DNA of 32,093 bases, from assembly GCA_017629895.1 (NCBI GenBank), contig JAGBWF010000051.1, positions 1 through 32,093 of the forward strand, in the 5' to 3' direction. The position numbers were made by a program, and so were the translations under genes. The notes under the pieces were generated by a model. It made no database searches and was not told the origin of the DNA. It was given only the letters and a program-made list of their open reading frames with translations. Position 1 is the stretch's first letter, and each line of letters begins with the position of its first letter. The DNA is from Clostridia bacterium (GTDB lineage Bacteria; Bacillota; Clostridia; Oscillospirales; CAG-382). This document shows positions 17,865 through 23,329 of this stretch, piece after piece.

Positions 17865-18683
17865 ATGTTACCTACGGCAATACAGCTATACTCTCTCCGC
17901 GACGATGCGAAGGAGGATCTTGAGGGTACCCTCTTAAAGGTCAAGGAATTCGGATACGACGGTGTCGAATTTGCAGGGCTTTACGGCAGAAGCCCCGAAG
18001 AAATCGCAGAGCTTGTAAAGAAGATCGGTCTTCAGCCCGTTTCTGCGCATATTTCGCTTCCCGAGCTTTCTGCGAACGCGGAACAGCTTATAAACGATTA
18101 CAAAAAGGTCGGCTGTAAGCATATCGTTATTCCCTGGCTTGGCGAAGCCGAGCGTCCCGGCGGCGAAAATTACTCCAACACGCTTGCCGATATCGCACGT
18201 ATCGGTGCGCTTGCCGCAGAAAACGGTATGTCGCTCAGCTATCATAACCACGAATTTGAATTCGTGCGCCTCGAAAACGGCAAATACGGCTTCGACGATC
18301 TTTACGAAAGTACTTCTGCCGAAACTCTTAAAATGCAGCTCGATACCTGCTGGATTCAGGTTGCGGGCGAAAGCGCGGTAAAGTATCTCGAAAAATACGC
18401 AAACCGCTGTCCGCTTCTTCATTTAAAGGATTACGTCGGCGAAAAGAGCAAGAATATGTATGCCCTTATCGGTCTTAACGACGGCGATCAGGCAGAAAAG
18501 AAGCAGGAATTCGAATTCCGTCCCGTCGGATACGGCGTTCAGGATTTCGTCGCGATAATCGATGCGGCGAACAGATGCGGTGTCGAATGGCTTATCGTGG
18601 AGCAGGATATGCCCACGAAGGACAAAACTCCGCTTGAATGTGCAAAAATGAGCGCAGACACTCTCAAAAAAATAAATAAGTAA
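17865..18683 (+). CDS. Sugar-phosphate isomerase/epimerase (xylose-isomerase-like TIM barrel, IolE/IolI-like)
   Basis: Family-like sequence begins at MLPTAIQLYSLR (ATG 17865); GYDGVEFAG, YHNHEFEF, QLDTCW, LHLKD, IVEQD. The longer 17712 start only translates the repeats. Confidence 0.88.
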   Translation: MLPTAIQLYSLRDDAKEDLEGTLLKVKEFGYDGVEFAGLYGRSPEEIAELVKKIGLQPVSAHISLPELSANAEQLINDYKKVGCKHIVIPWLGEAERPGGENYSNTLADIARIGALAAENGMSLSYHNHEFEFVRLENGKYGFDDLYESTSAETLKMQLDTCWIQVAGESAVKYLEKYANRCPLLHLKDYVGEKSKNMYALIGLNDGDQAEKKQEFEFRPVGYGVQDFVAIIDAANRCGVEWLIVEQDMPTKDKTPLECAKMSADTLKKINK

Positions 18684-18709
18684 CCACCCTTAGAAAAGAG
18701 GAATAAAAA

Positions 18710-19525
18710 ATGAGCGAATGTACCCACGATTGCTCGACCTGCAGTGCAAACTGCTCGAGTAGAGAAAAAAGCAAAGAAAGTATGATCGAAAAGCTCCGCG
18801 AGGGCAGTAAGATCGGAAAGGTTATCGCGGTAGTAAGCGGCAAGGGCGGCGTAGGCAAATCGCTTGTAACCAGCCTTCTCGCTATCAACGCGCAGAGAAG
18901 CGGCAAAAAGGTATGCGTGCTCGACGCGGATATCACAGGCCCCTCTATCCCCAGAATTTTCGGTGTGAACGGCGGCGTTCTGAGCGACGGCGAGGCAATG
19001 CTCCCTCCCGAAAGCAAGACCGGTATTAAGATTATGTCGCTTAACCTTCTTCTTCCCAACGAAAGCGATCCTGTCGCTTGGAGAGGTCCGGTTATCGCAG
19101 GCTGTGTAAAGCAGTTCTGGACCGACGTAAATTGGGGCGAAAACGACGTTATGTTTATCGATATGCCTCCCGGAACCGGCGACGTTCCGCTTACCGTTTT
19201 CCAGTCGCTTCCCGTTGACGGAATGGTTATCGTAACCAGCCCTCAGGATCTCGTTTCGATGATCGTCGGCAAGGCTGTAAGAATGGCAGAGCTTATGAAC
19301 ATTCCCATTCTCGGCTTGGTGGAAAACTATTCCTATTTCGAATGTCCCGATTGCAACAAAAAGCATTATATCTACGGCGAAAGCTCGGTTGATGCGGTTG
19401 CAGAGGCACACGGTATCGCGCGCGTTGCGAAAATGCCTATCAATCCCAAGCTTGCTTCTCTTTGCGATAAGGGCGAGCTCGAAAGCTATGAAGGCAGTCT
19501 GCTTTCCGAGATGGACGTTTTATAA
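18710..19525 (+). CDS. mrp: Mrp/NBP35 (ApbC) Fe-S cluster carrier ATPase
   Basis: N-terminal CxxxCxxCxxxC, SGKGGVGKS, DADITGPS, WRGP, DMPPGTGD, ENYSYFECPDC. Confidence 0.93.
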   Translation: MSECTHDCSTCSANCSSREKSKESMIEKLREGSKIGKVIAVVSGKGGVGKSLVTSLLAINAQRSGKKVCVLDADITGPSIPRIFGVNGGVLSDGEAMLPPESKTGIKIMSLNLLLPNESDPVAWRGPVIAGCVKQFWTDVNWGENDVMFIDMPPGTGDVPLTVFQSLPVDGMVIVTSPQDLVSMIVGKAVRMAELMNIPILGLVENYSYFECPDCNKKHYIYGESSVDAVAEAHGIARVAKMPINPKLASLCDKGELESYEGSLLSEMDVL

Positions 19526-19542
19526 TAATTCCTTATAAAAAG

Positions 19543-19583
19543 ACAGTGCGCTTTCGTTTCGTTGAAAGCACACTGTTTTTTTT
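19543..19583 (+). terminator. Intrinsic terminator (possibly bidirectional)
   Basis: ACAGTGCGCTTTC / GAAAGCACACTGT stem plus T run. Confidence 0.8.
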
Positions 19584-19598
19584 ATATTTTCTTTTCAA

Positions 19599-19650
19599 GG
19601 GCGTAAGTCGGGGTCCCCGAAAATGCCTGCATTTTTGGGGTGGCTAGCCC
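19599..19650. repeat. REP-like palindrome
   Basis: GGGGTCCCCGAAAATGC-CT-GCATTTTTGGGGTG inside outer GGGC/GCCC; no U tract. Confidence 0.5.
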
Positions 19651-19678
19651 ATTTCTCTCGGTCTGTTTTTTATGTTGG

Positions 19679-20485
19679 TTATTGCTTTTTCTCAATTTTT
19701 GCGGTTGCGAGCCGAACCGCAATATATATCGCGATGCAAACGTCTACGGCAGAATATGCCGCCGAGAGATTGAACGGAAGGCTGCCCGAGCAACGAAGCA
19801 CAAGGTTGGGAACCGAATAAACGATTAGGAAGAACACCGAAACGAATCCGAAGCCGGAATAGCTTGCGGCAGAGGTTTCGATGACGTAGGATTTGCCCTC
19901 TGTCAAGAAATAGAGCAGCACCGCAACCAAGGAGATAATATGGTAGGCGCCCGAGGACGCGAGCGGTGCCGAGCTTGTGGAGATGAAATCGGATAAAATT
20001 CTTAAAGCAGAAAAGAAAATCGGAACAAGCGCCGCGGTTGCGTAGAAGCTTTCGCTTTTTCGCGGCTTGTTGAATTGCAGGCCCGATACGAGAAAGACAA
20101 CGGCGCTGAGCAGGGTAAGCACGAAGACCGCAAACTCGGCGAGCTTGAATTCGGATCCATCGGAGAAAAGCTGTACCGAATAGAAGAGCGATGCACCGAT
20201 AAGCGCAAAGGCAAGCAAGATCGAAGCCGCAGATACGCCGATATGGGAGTGCCCGAGATTTACAAGCTTCTTTTTGCTCGAGGAATAGCCGAGATAGAGA
20301 AAGAGAATAAGAAAGAGCGCGGAAACGACGGTGAAAGCGGTTATTTCGGGCTTGTCGGGGAGATAATAGGTATCGACAGCGAATGAGTTCTTTTCTATAT
20401 ATGCAGAGATAAGGAAGATGCGGAGAGCAGCCATAATAAGCGAAATAACGGCGACAACCCCGATCCTTGTTTTTTGCGAGTGCAT
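19679..20485 (-). CDS. Hypothetical polytopic membrane protein
   Basis: Start moved to ATG 20485 (SD GAAAGGGG); about 8 hydrophobic segments; minus-strand promoter TTTACA-17-TATAAT at 20553-20525. Confidence 0.8.
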   Translation of the reverse strand: MHSQKTRIGVVAVISLIMAALRIFLISAYIEKNSFAVDTYYLPDKPEITAFTVVSALFLILFLYLGYSSSKKKLVNLGHSHIGVSAASILLAFALIGASLFYSVQLFSDGSEFKLAEFAVFVLTLLSAVVFLVSGLQFNKPRKSESFYATAALVPIFFSALRILSDFISTSSAPLASSGAYHIISLVAVLLYFLTEGKSYVIETSAASYSGFGFVSVFFLIVYSVPNLVLRCSGSLPFNLSAAYSAVDVCIAIYIAVRLATAKIEKKQ

Positions 20486-20657
20486 AAAAAGCCCCTTTCG
20501 GATAGAATCACAGATGACTATGATATTATAGAGCAACAAACGGCTTTTGTAAAGAGAAATTGCATATTTTTTGAGTCAAACGGCATAGAATGGAGAAGCG
20601 CAACGCGAAAAATATTAAATTTAAGGGAATATACAGTAAATTTTTCCGAAAAAAGAC

Positions 20658-20686
20658 TTGACATTCCGAAAAAACGGTGATACAAT
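20658..20686 (+). promoter_or_regulatory. sigmaA promoter for tRNA-Gln
   Basis: TTGACA, 17 nt, TACAAT with a TG extension. Confidence 0.8.
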
Positions 20687-20720
20687 AAATCTCGCGCCGA
20701 GAAAGCGCGGAATTGAATAT

Positions 20721-20795
20721 AGCGGGATTGTGTAACGGTTAGCACGACAGACTCTGACTCTGTTTGTTGGGGTTCGAATCCCTATCCCGCTGCCA
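20721..20795 (+). tRNA. tRNA-Gln (anticodon CTG)
   Basis: Acceptor AGCGGGA/TCCCGCT + G + CCA; D arm GTGT/GCAC; anticodon arm ACAGA-CTCTGAC-TCTGT; T arm TGGGG-TTCGAAT-CCCTA. Confidence 0.96.
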
Positions 20796-20836
20796 AACAA
20801 AAACAGATGGGCGAAAGCCCGTCTGTTTTTGTTTTG
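20796..20836 (+). terminator. Intrinsic terminator of tRNA-Gln
   Basis: AACAAAAACAGATGGGC-GAAA-GCCCGTCTGTTTTTGTT. Confidence 0.85.
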
Positions 20837-20850
20837 TTGTGTAAAAACAG

Positions 20851-20951
20851 GGGATTCGAACGGGTCGGTAGTGAATGACGTGCCGGGGGCACGTCAGAGC
20901 CGACCCTGACCGAGCCCGCAGGCGAGAACGAATCCCTATCCCGCTGCCAAA
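20851..20951. repeat. tRNA-linked structured element ending in a duplicate of the tRNA 3' end
   Basis: CGAATCCCTATCCCGCTGCCAAA occurs at 20775-20797 and 20929-20951; the internal nested stems are GGGATTCG/CGAATCCC, GGGTCGG/CCGACCC and TGACGTGCC/GGCACGTCA. Confidence 0.85.
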
Positions 20952-20987
20952 AAAAATTCCTCGGACTTGTTCCGAGGATTTTTTTAC

Positions 20988-21073
20988 CTCTTCACTCTTC
21001 ACTCTTCACTTTTCACTTTTCTCTCAACGAGGAATTTTTTTGGCAAGTAATAGGTAATAGTGAATAGTGAAGA
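20988..21073. repeat. Two inverted tracts of heptamer repeats
   Basis: (CTYTTCA)x4 plus CTTTTCT at 20988-21022; AGTAATA GGTAATA GTGAATA GTGAAGA at 21046-21073. Confidence 0.75.
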
Positions 21074-21082
21074 AGTAAGGTA

Positions 21083-21116
21083 GCTTTTCGCTATGGCGAA
21101 AAGCAATTTTTGTTTT
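21083..21116 (+). terminator. Terminator-like hairpin
   Basis: GCTTTTCGC-TATG-GCGAAAAGC followed by AATTTTTGTTTT. Confidence 0.6.
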
Positions 21117-21218
21117 AAGGTTAGAAGTAATGGCTTTTACGCACTTGACAATATACAACGGTTTAGCCGTTTTAACCCCAACACCGATTTTCACATATAC
21201 TGAATACGGTGATGCAAT

Positions 21219-22334
21219 ATGTATAATAAGGAAACGCAATGTATAATCGGCGATTGCGGCGGAGGCTACGAGTCCTCGATCGCGCCGCCGATTTTTCAGA
21301 CCTCGACCTTTGTCGGCGGCGGTGAATATTCCTATACACGCCTTTCAAACCCGACGCGCACTATGCTTGAGCGAGAGATTGCTCTTTTGGAGGGCGGAAG
21401 ACACGCTTTTGTATTTTCGTCGGGGCTCGCCGCGATAAACAGCGTTTTTTCGCTTCTGAAAAACGGCGACAGGGTGCTTATTTCCGATGACCTCTACGGC
21501 GGCACCTACCGTATGGCGCAAACGTATGGGGGATACGGGATCGAATTCGAATTTATCGACGTAGGCGATTCACAAAACGTGGAAAACGCATTGAAAAACG
21601 GTGCGAAAATGGTTTTTGCCGAATCGCCGACCAACCCGATGATGAAGGTTGCCGATCTTGCGGAAATTGCGGCTTTGTGCAAGAGCCACGGTGCGATTTT
21701 CGTTGTCGATAACACCTTTCTTACACCCTGCTTTCAAAATCCGCTGTCGCTCGGGGCGGATATAGTCGTACATTCGGCGACGAAATACCTTTCGGGACAC
21801 CACGATACGCTTGCGGGGGCGGTTGTTGTAAACGACGAAGCACTCGCCGAGCGCATTTCTTATATCTCGATGACGCTCGGCAACGCGCTTTCACCCTTCG
21901 ACAGCTGGCTCGTGCTCCGAGGGCTGAGGACGCTTTCTCTGCGTATGGAAAAGCACCAGAAAAACGCCTTTGCGCTCTGCGAGGTGCTGAAAAACAGCGA
22001 TAAGATCGAAAGCGTGATATACCCCGGACTTCCCGAGCACAAGGGGCATTCGGTGATGAAAGGGCAGGCGAGCGGATACGGCGGCGTCGTTACGTTTACG
22101 CTCCGCGACGTTAAAGACGCGGGCAGGCTTTTGAAGGGCGGGGAAATAATTAAATTCGCAGAAAGCTTAGGCGGGTTTATGAGTCTTATCACCTATCCGC
22201 TGACGCAGACACACGCATCCATACCCAAGGAAATGCGCGAGCGTATAGGGATAAACGACAGACTTTTCCGCCTTTCGCTCGGACTGGAAAACGAGAAAGA
22301 TATTGCAGAGGATATGCTTAAACTGCTTTCTTGA
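21219..22334 (+). CDS. Cystathionine gamma-synthase / beta-lyase (Cys/Met metabolism PLP enzyme)
   Basis: PPIFQTSTF, YTRLSNPTR, FSSGLAA, DDLYGGT, ESPTNP, VDNTF, HSATKYLSGHHD, AESLGG, RLSLGLE. Confidence 0.92.
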   Translation: MYNKETQCIIGDCGGGYESSIAPPIFQTSTFVGGGEYSYTRLSNPTRTMLEREIALLEGGRHAFVFSSGLAAINSVFSLLKNGDRVLISDDLYGGTYRMAQTYGGYGIEFEFIDVGDSQNVENALKNGAKMVFAESPTNPMMKVADLAEIAALCKSHGAIFVVDNTFLTPCFQNPLSLGADIVVHSATKYLSGHHDTLAGAVVVNDEALAERISYISMTLGNALSPFDSWLVLRGLRTLSLRMEKHQKNAFALCEVLKNSDKIESVIYPGLPEHKGHSVMKGQASGYGGVVTFTLRDVKDAGRLLKGGEIIKFAESLGGFMSLITYPLTQTHASIPKEMRERIGINDRLFRLSLGLENEKDIAEDMLKLLS

Positions 22335-22338
22335 TATA

Positions 22339-22367
22339 TTGACTTTTATCGCAAGATGGAGTATAAT
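22339..22367 (+). promoter_or_regulatory. sigmaA promoter
   Basis: TTGACT, 17 nt, TATAAT. Confidence 0.7.
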
Positions 22368-22396
22368 TAAACAAACTGAAAAAGGAGATAAAAATA

Positions 22397-23167
22397 ATGA
22401 AGAGATTCACAGCACTTCTTATCGCACTTCTTATGCTCTGCCTTCTCGTTCCCGCAGGCGTTTCCGCAGAAGAAGAAAAACCCTTTTGGATAACTCACTT
22501 TAACAACAACACCGTCGAGGGCTCGGGCGTTATCTTTACCGATTCCTACTCCGGCGCAGGCTGGTGGCTCCATTACGCATTTGCACCTACCGAAGAGGAG
22601 GGTGTTTACGAAATCGTGGACAGCTCGAACGGTCTTGCAGACGGCTCCGCAACTGCGCTCGAAATTCCCGAGGGCGGCTTTGTCTGGGCGGCAAACACCG
22701 GTAACGACTATATCACGCTCAACCCCAACGACCCCACCGCTGTCGACTACACCTCGCCTAACTGCAGTAACTGCATTAACGACGTGCTTATGAGCTGGAT
22801 GGTCGGCACCCTCGTTAAGTTCAACGGTCTCGACCTCGAGGGACAGACCATTCCCACCACTACTGCCGACCTGAACTGGTATGACGATGCATACGTCTGC
22901 ACCGCTACCTATACTATCTGCGAAGCAACCGCAGGCGATGAAACCGAGGAACCCGCTACCTCCTCCGAGGCAGAGTCCAAAGCCGAATCCTCTGCAACCA
23001 TTTCTCCGTCTGAACCCGAATCCTCCGTTGCGGCTACCTCCGAGGCAGGATCTGACGCAGTCGAAGAAGACGGCGGCCTTTCCACCGGCGTACTCGTTGC
23101 TATTATAGTTGCGGTTGTTGCGATCGTAGCGGCTGTTGTTGTAGTTATTGTTAAAAAGAAGAAATAA
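22397..23167 (+). CDS. Surface protein: signal peptide, uncharacterised domain, S/E/T/A-rich linker, C-terminal TM + KKKK
   Basis: SD AAGGAG; architecture read directly from the translation. Confidence 0.85.
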   Translation: MKRFTALLIALLMLCLLVPAGVSAEEEKPFWITHFNNNTVEGSGVIFTDSYSGAGWWLHYAFAPTEEEGVYEIVDSSNGLADGSATALEIPEGGFVWAANTGNDYITLNPNDPTAVDYTSPNCSNCINDVLMSWMVGTLVKFNGLDLEGQTIPTTTADLNWYDDAYVCTATYTICEATAGDETEEPATSSEAESKAESSATISPSEPESSVAATSEAGSDAVEEDGGLSTGVLVAIIVAVVAIVAAVVVVIVKKKK

Positions 23168-23210
23168 GTCTTTTTAAGAACGGCTGTATTTAATACGGTA
23201 TAAGTAAAAT

Positions 23211-23253
23211 CTACCCGAAGAAGAGAAAAAACTCTTGTTCGGGTAGTATTTTT
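23211..23253 (+). terminator. Intrinsic terminator
   Basis: CTACCCGAAGAAGAG / CTCTTGTTCGGGTAG stem followed by TATTTTT. Confidence 0.7.
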
Positions 23254-23272
23254 ATATGGGATTATCTGATAA

Positions 23273-23301
23273 TTGACAAACGTATACGTCTGTGGTATTA
23301 T
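23273..23301 (+). promoter_or_regulatory. sigmaA promoter
   Basis: TTGACA, 17 nt, TATTAT with a TG extension. Confidence 0.75.
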
Positions 23302-23329
23302 GGCAATAAGAAAATAAAAGGAGATTTAT

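Noticed and set aside
20798-20951. Prophage or genomic island at tRNA-Gln, or a second tRNA gene
   Set aside because: The direct repeats are only 154 bp apart with no integrase or cargo, and the copy lacks its own D arm, anticodon arm and 5' acceptor strand.
20739-21057. Small ORFs over the tRNA-linked element
   Set aside because: They have no SD, overlap the tRNA and terminators, and give low-complexity translations of the repeats.
21105-21218. SAM riboswitch or T-box upstream of the Cys/Met enzyme
   Set aside because: No S-box core (ATC.AGAG...GCAACC...GTGC) or T-box (GGTGG.ACCGCG) motif is visible.
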